From the NCBI GenBank assembly GCA_963760615.1, contig CAVXDX010000003.1:32001-96000 (forward strand): a stretch of 64,000 nt of DNA, written 5' to 3'. A program made the translations under genes and the position numbers. Of the stretch, positions 18,271 through 26,884 are shown piece by piece; the stretch's first letter is position 1, and each line of letters begins with the position of its first letter. This stretch comes from an uncultured Candidatus Micrarchaeota archaeon (GTDB lineage: Archaea; Micrarchaeota; Micrarchaeia; Burarchaeales; Fermentimicrarchaeaceae). The notes under the pieces are model-generated. The model did no database searches, was not told the DNA's origin, and saw only the letters and a list, made by a program, of their open reading frames with translations.

Positions 18271-18287
18271 TTGGTTAATTATATGGG

Positions 18288-18392
18288 TTAATCACTACGC
18301 CAGGTCTTTGTAACCATAGTTACATACTCTCCAAAGCTGCGTTTCTGCTCCTCTGCTGGTTGCTCAACTGGTTTTTTCTGCTTTTCCGGCAT
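18288..18392 (-). CDS. 34-aa small ORF MPEKQKKPVEQPAEEQKRSFGEYVTMVTKTWRSD
   Basis: ATG preceded by GAGG and an upstream TTTAAATA box; below the track cutoff. Confidence 0.35.
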   Translation of the reverse strand: MPEKQKKPVEQPAEEQKRSFGEYVTMVTKTWRSD

Positions 18393-18488
18393 GGTTAAAT
18401 TATGCCTCTTTCGATATTTAAACCCTTAAGAAACCGAGTCTTTTCCATCTTGTAAACTTTTGGGAAAACTTTAATCAAAAACAACAGC

Positions 18489-19208
18489 TTATCTCTTCCT
18501 GCCTTTCCTCTTAACTTTCCTCATTTTCCTTTTTACCGGCCTTTTCTTCATAACTCTCCTTGCCTTCCTTTTTATCAGTCTCTTCTTGATTTTCCTTGCA
18601 GCTACTTTTGCTTTCTTCCTTGGCTTCCTCTTCCCCACCTTTTTCTTTTGCTTCTTTGCAATTTTTTTCTTAGGTTTCTTCTTTGCAACTTTTTTGGGTT
18701 TCTTCATATCACTAATTCTTTTCGTGAGATTCTCAATTTTCTTCGTGAGTTTCTCAATATCCTTCATCGCCCTGTCCTTCTCCTTCAAGACGAGCTTCAT
18801 CTTCTTTTCAGCAGCATTAAGAGATTCTTTTCCGCTCTTTTCCATGCTCTCAATCTTCTCAGCCATCACCTTGATTTTATTCTCCAGTATCCTGACATTG
18901 CCTTCTAGCTCCTTCCCAATCTTGCTGGCCTTTCTCTCGCTGTTCTTCAGCATCTCATAAGCTTTGACTTTCTCCTCGTTTATCTTGGAGAGCTCCCCGG
19001 ACAGATTGCTGGCATCGTTCTCAAGCTTCCTATTCTGCCTGTTGAGTTCCGCAACCTGCTCCTCCAGCTCCCTTATCATGGCGTTCTTCTCAGCCTCAAC
19101 CCTGGCAACATATGTTCTCTCATCCTTCAATGTCCTCTGGAGCTTGTCAAACTCTCTCTCAGTAACATAACCGACGCCCTTCATTATACCTTCAAACATT
19201 GTAAACAC
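18489..19208 (-). CDS. coiled-coil protein with a long Lys/Arg-rich C-terminal tail
   Basis: heptad-like E/K/L stretch; about 70-aa tail dominated by K/R (KKPKKVAKKKPKKK...RKGRKR). Confidence 0.75.
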   Translation of the reverse strand: MFTMFEGIMKGVGYVTEREFDKLQRTLKDERTYVARVEAEKNAMIRELEEQVAELNRQNRKLENDASNLSGELSKINEEKVKAYEMLKNSERKASKIGKELEGNVRILENKIKVMAEKIESMEKSGKESLNAAEKKMKLVLKEKDRAMKDIEKLTKKIENLTKRISDMKKPKKVAKKKPKKKIAKKQKKKVGKRKPRKKAKVAARKIKKRLIKRKARRVMKKRPVKRKMRKVKRKGRKR

Positions 19209-19249
19209 CCATCACTCTATTGCTTTTCTCTCTTATAAATTTATCCCTT

Positions 19250-19289
19250 GTGACATGCTCCACCCCTAAAGGGTGTGGGTTTCCCGCTC
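19250..19289 (-). mobile_element. IS200/IS605-family right-end-like hairpin, copy A
   Basis: minus strand AGCGGGAAACCCACACCCTTTAGGGGTGGAGCATGTCAC; homologous to 24215-24255 and 40292-40333. Confidence 0.7.
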
Positions 19290-19364
19290 ACCATGTTAAC
19301 TTAGAGATATCTTTATAAACACTGAAATTACATCTCATTCAAAGGTGAACTTTGAGGTGGTAGA

Positions 19365-19787
19365 ATGGATTTTAAGAAGATAATTACTGCAGCAATGATA
19401 CCGACAATTGTGCTGATTGTCCTGGGAGTGATAAATGCTTTGCTGAACTTCGTCATAACAAAGTATCTGCCGTTACTATGCTTCCTACCAGCGCTTCTGA
19501 CTCTCCCGATATACGTTATCGATCTCGTAGTGCTGGGTTACGCAGGATACTCTGCAGCTAAAAAATACCAGCTCGATTTGGTTGGTGCAGCTCTGACAGG
19601 CGCTTTGGCAGGATTTATGTCCAGCGTGATATCCCAAATAGTGTCAGTAGTGCTCGCAGCAGCTACTGGAACTCTGAACATCCTGGGATGGGTCATCGTG
19701 TCAGTAGTTCTAGTTGTTGCAGCTGTAATGTTCGGGTTACTGCTAGGCGCAATAGGTGGGTTCCTAGGCCAGGGCAAGAAGAAGTGA
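19365..19787 (+). CDS. four-helix integral membrane protein
   Basis: GAGGTGG RBS; four hydrophobic Gly/Ala-rich segments; basic tail. Confidence 0.75.
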   Translation: MDFKKIITAAMIPTIVLIVLGVINALLNFVITKYLPLLCFLPALLTLPIYVIDLVVLGYAGYSAAKKYQLDLVGAALTGALAGFMSSVISQIVSVVLAAATGTLNILGWVIVSVVLVVAAVMFGLLLGAIGGFLGQGKKK

Positions 19788-19788
19788 A

Positions 19789-19884
19789 TTACATCCCTTT
19801 TTTCCAATTTTTTTTCTTCGCTAGCATATTTTCAGTTATCTCGCACTGATAGCTGTAGATAGCCATTAGCGTTCTCTCATCCAT
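19789..19884 (-). CDS. 31-aa small ORF MDERTLMAIYSYQCEITENMLAKKKNWKKGM
   Basis: upstream TTTAAATA box and GAGG; fills the intergenic gap. Confidence 0.3.
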   Translation of the reverse strand: MDERTLMAIYSYQCEITENMLAKKKNWKKGM

Positions 19885-19931
19885 ACCGGTCGCCTCTTTC
19901 TAAGGACTCAAGAACTTGGAATAACTTATAT

Positions 19932-20612
19932 TTAAACATTACGTTTGGTTGGCGACACCCTAAAAACTACGACTATGCGAATAGGGTAAAAAGATGGAAT
20001 GCCCGATACCTTCTCAATTCTAAGCTCCTTTGGAGTAATCCTCTTCAGCATCTCAAGGCTGAACGAGTGAAGATGCCAGTCCTGCTTCTCGGGAACAGTG
20101 GGCAGGAGAAAACTGAACAAACCGATGCTCATAGCTGAGGCTTTCACGCTCTCAATGTTCCTCTCATTGGGAACAGTGACAACAACCTTCCCACCAGGCT
20201 TGGTGACCCTTGCTGCCTCTTTCAATATCTTTCCAGGCTCGGGGTTATGCTCAATTACTTCAGAGCATACTGCCGCATCAAACGAGCTGTCCCTGAAGGG
20301 AAGTTTCTGCGCGTCTCCAAGCACAAGCTTTGCCCGTGGCAGCCTGCCCCTTGCCTTCCTCAATGCCTCTTTTGAGAGATCCAGACCCACCGCTCTGTCT
20401 GCTCCAATCTTCTCAAGAATCACACCCTCACCGCAACCTATGTCGAGCACCTTCCTCTCTGAGGCAACCTCAGCGACTACCTGCCTCGCCCTCTCATTCT
20501 CGATCCAAGCTATAAAGGGGTTGGGATTGTAGTAAGCCTTCTCATTGCCGAATCTTAGGAACATGGTCTCATTCCAGTCCCTGAATTCTTTTCGCGAGGA
20601 AAATTTTCTCAT
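19932..20612 (-). CDS. class I SAM-dependent methyltransferase
   Basis: VLDIGCGEG, GLDLS, GDAQKLPF-D-SFDAAVCSEVIEH; likely ATG at 20612. Confidence 0.88.
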   Translation of the reverse strand: MRKFSSRKEFRDWNETMFLRFGNEKAYYNPNPFIAWIENERARQVVAEVASERKVLDIGCGEGVILEKIGADRAVGLDLSKEALRKARGRLPRAKLVLGDAQKLPFRDSSFDAAVCSEVIEHNPEPGKILKEAARVTKPGGKVVVTVPNERNIESVKASAMSIGLFSFLLPTVPEKQDWHLHSFSLEMLKRITPKELRIEKVSGIPSFYPIRIVVVFRVSPTKRNV

Positions 20613-20679
20613 TGTCCCCTTTCTCCTAACCATCTGAAGTGTCATGATAAAGAAAAGCTTTCAGTTTGATTAATCTCAT

Positions 20680-21147
20680 CTAAGCTTTTCGGGATGAGCC
20701 GCTTAACCTCCTCACCCTCTCAGTATACTTCTTATAGGAACTTGTTATAAGCTCTCTGTCCTCGTCCTTCAGCTCTCTCACAACCTTTGCTGGAGTTCCA
20801 AGCACGAGAGTGTTTGGTTTTATCTTCATCCCCGGGGTAACAACCGCTCCCGCCCCTACTATAACCCAATCTCCTATTTCAGCTTCATCCAATATTATGG
20901 AGCCTATCCCAACCAGCGCATTGCTTCCAATCTTCGCTCCATGCACAACTGATGAATGCCCCAGAGTGACATTATCGCCAATCTCAACTCCCTCACCATG
21001 CAACACGCAGTGCTCCTGTATGTTAGTATTCCTTCCAATGCTTATCCTTCCCTCATCCCCTCTTATTACTGCAAAAGCCCATACGGATGAATTCTCACCC
21101 ATGGAAATATCCCCTACAACTTCCGCTTTCGGGTGGATGTATTTCAT
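20680..21147 (-). CDS. gamma-carbonic anhydrase-like hexapeptide-repeat protein
   Basis: IRGD, TNIQEHCVLH, TLGHSSVVHG (three His), LVLGTPAKVVR. Confidence 0.9.
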   Translation of the reverse strand: MKYIHPKAEVVGDISMGENSSVWAFAVIRGDEGRISIGRNTNIQEHCVLHGEGVEIGDNVTLGHSSVVHGAKIGSNALVGIGSIILDEAEIGDWVIVGAGAVVTPGMKIKPNTLVLGTPAKVVRELKDEDRELITSSYKKYTERVRRLSGSSRKA

Positions 21148-21161
21148 AAAACCAACTCCCT

Positions 21162-22385
21162 CTATTTGATAAAGCCAAGTACGGAATCCATTTTCATAAG
21201 AGTTTCAAGTGCTTTCTCAGCATTTTTCTTTCCAAACTTTTTCTTCTTTATAAGCTCCTGCAACGAGCAGACAAAGTAGCAGAACATCTCAGCTGCTTCA
21301 GGTATCTGAAAATCATCCTCAACATATCTTCTGAACTTGGAGAGGGTTTCTCTGCAAAGCTCATCCGCCTCGGAGTTCTCCTCCCAGAATTTTCTGTGGC
21401 ACAAAACCTTCGCGCAGTTCTTGCACCTTCTTATCTCAATGGCCGTCCTCCGCAGACTACTGAATGTGAAGTTGAGCCTCTTCCTGTAGTGCTCCTTCAG
21501 GAGGTGCGCCCGTATAACGTCATAGCCGTAACCCATCTTATGTATGTCATCCACAGTGTAAAAATTCCCAAGGGACTTGCTCATCTTCCTACCCTCTATA
21601 ATCAGGTGCCTCACGTAAAACCAGTAGTTTGCAGGCATCCTGCCCGTTGCTCCCTCGCTCTGAGCTATCTCATTCTCATGATGGGCGAATATGTTGTCAA
21701 TTCCTCCCATGTGTATATCAAACGGAATACCGAGGTATTCTGAGCTCATCGCACTGCACTCTATATGCCACCCTGGCCTCCCCCTCCCAAGCTCGGTGTC
21801 CCAGTAAACATCCCCATCGCAGCTTTTCCATGCTTTCCATAGCAGGAAATCCCCCGCCTCCCTCTGATAGTAGTCATCCTTGTAGACTCTCCTGTCCAAT
21901 GAATTCTTGAATTTCGAGCGGGACAACCTCCCATACTCGGGGAAGCGCGAGACATCAAAGAAGATGTTGCCTTCTCCGTCTTTGTAAGCCCATCCCCTCC
22001 TTATAATCCTCTTTATCATTGCAACCATTGCAGGTATGTTCTCAGATGCTCGGGGGTAACAATCCGCAGGAAGCATGTTAAGCTCGTGTGAATTCTTCAT
22101 GAATATCTCTTCATTTCTCCTTGTTATGTTTCTCAGCCTTCTCATATTCCCTGCGGCAGCTTTCACCGCCTTGTCCTCAACATCAGTTATATTCATCACA
22201 TGCTTCACTCTGTAGCCTTCAAACAGCAGGACTCTCTTCACAACATCCTCAAACACATATGTGCGGAAGTTGCCCAGGTGTGGCTGGGAGTATACGCTGG
22301 GACCGCAGGTGTAAAGCCTGACCACTCTGCCTATTGGTTTAAACTCCTCCTTTTTCCTAGTAAGAGTGTTGAAGACCTTCAGCAT
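21162..22385 (-). CDS. cysS: cysteinyl-tRNA synthetase-like protein lacking the C-terminal anticodon-binding domain
   Basis: YTCGPSVY--PHLGN, MNITDVEDK, GRPGWHIECSAM, HHENE and KMSKSLGNF motifs; ends just after the helical DALR-like domain. Confidence 0.85.
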   Translation of the reverse strand: MLKVFNTLTRKKEEFKPIGRVVRLYTCGPSVYSQPHLGNFRTYVFEDVVKRVLLFEGYRVKHVMNITDVEDKAVKAAAGNMRRLRNITRRNEEIFMKNSHELNMLPADCYPRASENIPAMVAMIKRIIRRGWAYKDGEGNIFFDVSRFPEYGRLSRSKFKNSLDRRVYKDDYYQREAGDFLLWKAWKSCDGDVYWDTELGRGRPGWHIECSAMSSEYLGIPFDIHMGGIDNIFAHHENEIAQSEGATGRMPANYWFYVRHLIIEGRKMSKSLGNFYTVDDIHKMGYGYDVIRAHLLKEHYRKRLNFTFSSLRRTAIEIRRCKNCAKVLCHRKFWEENSEADELCRETLSKFRRYVEDDFQIPEAAEMFCYFVCSLQELIKKKKFGKKNAEKALETLMKMDSVLGFIK

Positions 22386-22389
22386 AGAC

Positions 22390-23160
22390 TCACTTTGATT
22401 GCTGCATTCTGCCAAAGCTTATCGTCCCAATCCACATCATTATAACTGAGAAAGCTATGAGGACTGAAAAATCCTTCAACGTTGAAAATTCCTGAACTCC
22501 AAGTATGGCGCCTCTGAGCAAATCTACTCCATAGGTTAGAGGATTTATCTGCGTAATTATCAACAGCCATGAGGGCAGGTTTGACACTGGGAAAAGAGCT
22601 CCGCTGAAAAAGAAGAGCGGCCATACCACGAAATTCATAACCAACCCGAATGCTTCCTGGTTGGTTAGGTTTGAACCCATTACGAGGCCTAGGCTTACCA
22701 TTGCCACAGAAATTACAAATAATATCAGCAAGGAATACAGGAATACCAGAGGCGTTATCGGCATGCCTATCAGAATTCCCAGTATGAGCAGAATTATAGA
22801 CTGCAGCATAACATCTGTGCAGCCCCCAAGCATCTTACCAAGAAAGACGCTTGACCTGGAAACGGGAGCAACTAGAACCTCCTTGAGGAAATCCAGCTTC
22901 CTATCCCAAATTATGTAGACTCCGTAGAAAATTGAAGTCATGAGAAGGGACATGCTAAGCACGCCGGGATAGATGAAAGCCTGGTAGCCAATACCCTTGT
23001 AAATCGGATCCTGGAGGGATACGCTCGCCCCAACTCCTGAGCCGAATGCAACCAGCCAGAGTATTGGGGATATGAAGGAAGAGATGACCCTCTCCTTTTC
23101 CCTCAGGTAAACCTTAAATTCCCTCAGCCACACTGCGTATACCGCTTCAAGCTCGCTCAT
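22390..23160 (-). CDS. ABC-2 type transporter permease
   Basis: YPGVL-MSLL-TSIF-G--IIWDR---FLKE-LVAPVSR and FFSGALFP...INPLTYGVD motifs. Confidence 0.9.
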   Translation of the reverse strand: MSELEAVYAVWLREFKVYLREKERVISSFISPILWLVAFGSGVGASVSLQDPIYKGIGYQAFIYPGVLSMSLLMTSIFYGVYIIWDRKLDFLKEVLVAPVSRSSVFLGKMLGGCTDVMLQSIILLILGILIGMPITPLVFLYSLLILFVISVAMVSLGLVMGSNLTNQEAFGLVMNFVVWPLFFFSGALFPVSNLPSWLLIITQINPLTYGVDLLRGAILGVQEFSTLKDFSVLIAFSVIMMWIGTISFGRMQQSK

Positions 23161-24125
23161 CTGCTCACCGATGACTGCATCATCCTCTCCCAGAAGCCGC
23201 CTTCCTCCTCATCGCTCCTTATCTCCTTGCCCGTATAATGCAGGAAAACATCATTCAAGCTCACTGGTCTCACCTCAACAGAGCTTATCTTGCCCACCTC
23301 GCAGAGCAGTTTCTGGAGATTCTTGTTCACATCTTTAATAACAACCTGCACATCGCCATCCTTCAGCTCGGCACTTTTCACAAAGTTCAGCTTCCTGATT
23401 TTTTCAAGATTGGGCTTATCCATCTTAATCACGACTATGTCCCCGCCGACTCTCTTTTTCAGGTTTGATGAATTGTCCATAACAACAATCTTGCCAGCAT
23501 CCATTATTGCAATTCTCTTGCAGAGCATATCCGCCTCTTCCATGTAGTGAGTTGTGAGCACCATTGTCATCTCCTCTTCCCTTGAAAGCTTCTTTATGTA
23601 TTCCCAGATATGCTCCCTTGTCTGCGGGTCCAATCCGAGAGTCGGCTCATCCAGGAAAAGCACCTTGGGGTGATGCATGAGGCCTCGCGCCAGCTCCAGC
23701 CTCCTTCTCATTCCACCAGAGTAAACTTTGGTTATGTCGTTTTCCCTATCCTCTAAACCAACTAAATGAATAACTTCGTCAATTCTTTTTTTCCTTATCT
23801 CTTTTGGTATCCCATACAGCATTGCATGCATCTCTAGATTTTCTCTCCCAGTAAGCAGGTCATCAACGCTGGGCTCCTGGAAAACTATCCCAATTGACGA
23901 GCGGACATTGCTTGGCTGTGCCCTGATATCGAATCCATTCACCTTTGCTGTCCCGGAGGTTGGCTTCAAGATGGTGCAAAGCATGGAAATGGTTGTAGTC
24001 TTGCCAGCCCCGTTCGGCCCGAGAAGGCCGAACACCTCCCCCTCCTCGATATCAATTGAGAGGTTGTCCACTGCGGTTAACTTGCCATAGCACTTCGTGA
24101 GATTCTTTGTGCTAATAATAGCCAT
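23157..24125 (-). CDS. ABC transporter ATP-binding protein (DrrA-like)
   Basis: GPNGAGKTT, YSGGMRRRLE, FLDEPTLGLD and TTHYMEEA motifs. Confidence 0.93.
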   Translation of the reverse strand: MAIISTKNLTKCYGKLTAVDNLSIDIEEGEVFGLLGPNGAGKTTTISMLCTILKPTSGTAKVNGFDIRAQPSNVRSSIGIVFQEPSVDDLLTGRENLEMHAMLYGIPKEIRKKRIDEVIHLVGLEDRENDITKVYSGGMRRRLELARGLMHHPKVLFLDEPTLGLDPQTREHIWEYIKKLSREEEMTMVLTTHYMEEADMLCKRIAIMDAGKIVVMDNSSNLKKRVGGDIVVIKMDKPNLEKIRKLNFVKSAELKDGDVQVVIKDVNKNLQKLLCEVGKISSVEVRPVSLNDVFLHYTGKEIRSDEEEGGFWERMMQSSVSR

Positions 24126-24170
24126 GGAAATACATTGAATATGAAACTTTATAATCCTTGACTCACTGAG

Positions 24171-24255
24171 GCTTTGCGCATAAATTCACTTTCACTGGAA
24201 AGTTACCACAATATAGCGGGAAAGTCCACACCATTTATGGGTGGGAGCATGTCAC
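24171..24255 (+). mobile_element. about 85-bp miniature IS200/IS605-like element: repeat X hairpin plus right-end hairpin, copy C
   Basis: 24175-24207 matches 51588-51621 (reverse complement) at 32 of 34 positions; 24215-24255 AGCGGGAAAGTCCACACCATTTATGGGTGGGAGCATGTCAC matches copies A and B. Confidence 0.6.
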
Positions 24256-24977
24256 ATTATTGAAGTGAGTATTAAAATTAGAACGATACCCAGTGCCATC
24301 GAAAGATTCATTTTCCATGGATCATGCTTGCGTGTTTCCGGCAATAGGTTAGCCGCCCCGAGGTATATAAACTCCCCTACAAATGCTGCCAGTATCAAGG
24401 CGAGAATCATCTGGCTTATGCTGACTAAAGTTGCAAACAAGACCCCCAGAACAGGAGCTACTGCATCCATAAGTAAAAACAATTCCGCATTTTTAACAGG
24501 GTGCTTGTTCTTTAACATTAACGTAACCGTGTTCGCCCCATCTGTAAAATCATGAAATATAACTGCCAAGGCAACTATCAAACCAGTTGAGGAATTAACC
24601 TGGTATGCAGTTCCTATAGCGACCCCATCCAAGAAGCTGTGCACAACCAACCCCCCTGCTCCCACAGGACCCATAATATGTCCGTGCTCCCTTCCTTCAT
24701 CTTCGTGGTAGTGGTGGGTCAAGAAGTATTTTTCAAGAAGGCTGTAAAAGAAAAATGATGCCACGGCAGTTATCATCACATACTTTACTGGCAAATCGAT
24801 TGATTTTGAAATCTCCAAGCTCTCCGGCAATATGTCAAAGAACGATACTGCAATCAAGCTTCCCGAAGCAAATGCGAAAAAGTACGGTAGAACCTTTCTG
24901 AACCTTATGGTGACTGCACCGCCCATAAGTGTTGACAGGAACGTTACAAAGGCCATGCCTACAATGACAGGATTCAT
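24252..24977 (-). CDS. ZIP family metal transporter
   Basis: His-rich loop HHYHEDEGREHGH, HSFLDGVAIG and IFHDFTDG motifs. Confidence 0.9.
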   Translation of the reverse strand: MNPVIVGMAFVTFLSTLMGGAVTIRFRKVLPYFFAFASGSLIAVSFFDILPESLEISKSIDLPVKYVMITAVASFFFYSLLEKYFLTHHYHEDEGREHGHIMGPVGAGGLVVHSFLDGVAIGTAYQVNSSTGLIVALAVIFHDFTDGANTVTLMLKNKHPVKNAELFLLMDAVAPVLGVLFATLVSISQMILALILAAFVGEFIYLGAANLLPETRKHDPWKMNLSMALGIVLILILTSIM

Positions 24978-25014
24978 AACTCCACCAGTCTAGACTTTCT
25001 AGACAGAAGCACCA

Positions 25015-25087
25015 CGCCCTGGCCGGGATTTGAACCCGGGTCACGGACTCGACAGGCCCGGATGCTGGACCACTACACTACCAGGGC
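25015..25087 (-). tRNA. tRNA-Asp(GTC)
   Basis: GCCCTGG/CCAGGGC acceptor stem, CT-GTC-GA loop, GGTTCAAATCCC T arm; CCA not encoded. Confidence 0.95.
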
Positions 25088-25089
25088 AA

Positions 25090-25192
25090 TCCCGCCAGGG
25101 TGATTTGAACACCCAACCATCCGGTTTCTGCTGGAAGAAAACCAGCAAAGCAAGCTACAGCCGGATGCTCTACCAAATTGAGCTATGGCGGG
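25090..25192 (-). tRNA. tRNA-Tyr(GTA) with a 29-nt intron (25126-25154) at position 37/38
   Basis: CCCGCCA/TGGCGGG acceptor stem (C1-G72), TCCGG/CCGGA anticodon stem split by a hairpin-forming intron, GTTCAAATC T loop. Confidence 0.92.
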
Positions 25193-25747
25193 AGCGCATA
25201 TCTTTTTCACATTCATACATTTAAAAGTATTTGGGTTCGGATTAGAAGTGTTTGTAAACTCAATAGATTTTTACTGGATCCTTCTCAAACTTCTCGAAAT
25301 TCTTTTTTCTTCTTCATCATTCAAGATGTTCTGCCCTAACTCCTTTGACGCTTCTCCTCTTCTCGCTGTGTCTTCTGCTGATTCTTCTATGAGCCCTCTC
25401 TTATATCCAAAGCAACGACCTAACCTGCACCGCCTCACCATTATCTAGCAACTATCGTCTAAAATTGCCCTCTATTCTCGTCTGCATATCAAATAATTCT
25501 TACCTAGTTGTCTTTTAAACGCAATATTCAGTCCTGTGGTTCTATATGCCAAACCAACTTTCCAATTGATATCAAACCAATTTTTCCATATAATTTTGAA
25601 TTGTTTCAAAAATGCCCAAATTCTCAGACGTTATAAATTTTAAAAATTCCCTACTCATTTTCAAGCAATACACTTTATAAATCTTTGCTTACTAATCATA
25701 ATCAGTCATTAGTCTATAATTTAGGGGTGGATGTAAGAGGTGAACTT

Positions 25748-26884
25748 GTGCGCATAGCAATGCTAGGATGGGAATTCCCCCCTTTCAAGAGCGGGGGGCT
25801 TGGAGTCCACTGTTATGAGCTCACAAGCGCCTTCGCACGTAAGGGCATTGAAGTAGACTTTTACATGCCGCGCACAGAGTTCGAGATGAAAGGAACTACA
25901 CCGAGACTGATTCAGGTTATGCCAGTCCACTTTGGCCCGTATACGGCGAGAGAGGCTTATGGTTTCGATTTCATGGGCCGCGTGCTGCAATACAACATGA
26001 GGTGCGCTGAGGAAGTGGAGAAGAACAACAGAGAGAAGCCCTATGATTTGATTCACAACCATGACTGGCTCACTGTGAGAGCGGCAGTGCTTGCAAAACA
26101 GAAGATAAGGAAACCGCATGTTTTCACCGTGCACTCCACAGAGTACGACCGTTCAGGCATGGGCCCGAACCAGCAGATTCTCGAAGTAGAGAGAATGGGA
26201 GTGCATTCTGCGGACAGGGTCATAACAGTCAGCCATATGATGAAGAAACAACTTACTGATAAATTCGGCGTGGATTGCAGCAAGATAAGAGTTATTTACA
26301 ATGGAGTTGACCCTGACAAATTCAAGAAGAAGTGGGAGGTAAAGAAATACTCAAAAGAGAGGGTGGTGCTTTTCCTCGGTAGGATGGCAGAGCAGAAAGG
26401 GCCTGTGCAATTCCTCCAGGCAGCCCAGAAGGTTCTCTCGGTTGTGAAGAATGCGAGGTTCGTCATGGCAGGCGGAGGGGACATGCTTCCCTACCTTATA
26501 AACTACTCAATACAACTTGGCATAAGCGACAGGGTTACCTTCCTCGGTTACCTTCCTGAAAGCCAGCTTCATGAAGCATACGCAAAGAGCGATGTCTATG
26601 TTCTGCCAAGCGTCTCTGAGCCATTCGGCATAACTGCCCTTGAGGCAATGGCAAGCGGCACCCCTATAATACTCTCAAAGACATCCGGTGTGAGTGAGAT
26701 AACTCCTCATTGTTTGAAGGTTGATTTCTGGGATGTGAACAAGATGGCAGAGTACATCATAGCGTTGCTCAAGTACAGGGTGCTCAACCATGAAATGGGA
26801 ATGAATGAGGTTGAGGATGCAAGGAAATTCAGCTGGGACAGGGCAGCAGATGAAACTCTAGGTGTTTACAGGGAGCTGGTTTAA
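25748..26884 (+). CDS. GT4 glycosyltransferase (glycogen-synthase-like)
   Basis: GWEFPPFKSGGLG, HNHDWLT, HSTEYDR and PSVSEPFGITALEAMA motifs; GTG start after GAGGTG. Confidence 0.9.
   Translation: MRIAMLGWEFPPFKSGGLGVHCYELTSAFARKGIEVDFYMPRTEFEMKGTTPRLIQVMPVHFGPYTAREAYGFDFMGRVLQYNMRCAEEVEKNNREKPYDLIHNHDWLTVRAAVLAKQKIRKPHVFTVHSTEYDRSGMGPNQQILEVERMGVHSADRVITVSHMMKKQLTDKFGVDCSKIRVIYNGVDPDKFKKKWEVKKYSKERVVLFLGRMAEQKGPVQFLQAAQKVLSVVKNARFVMAGGGDMLPYLINYSIQLGISDRVTFLGYLPESQLHEAYAKSDVYVLPSVSEPFGITALEAMASGTPIILSKTSGVSEITPHCLKVDFWDVNKMAEYIIALLKYRVLNHEMGMNEVEDARKFSWDRAADETLGVYRELV

Noticed and set aside
25200-25700. AT-rich stretch beside the tRNAs as a pseudogene or integrated-element remnant
   Set aside because: Only short broken ORFs with no recognisable motif, and no duplicated tRNA 3' end (att site) was seen in the window.
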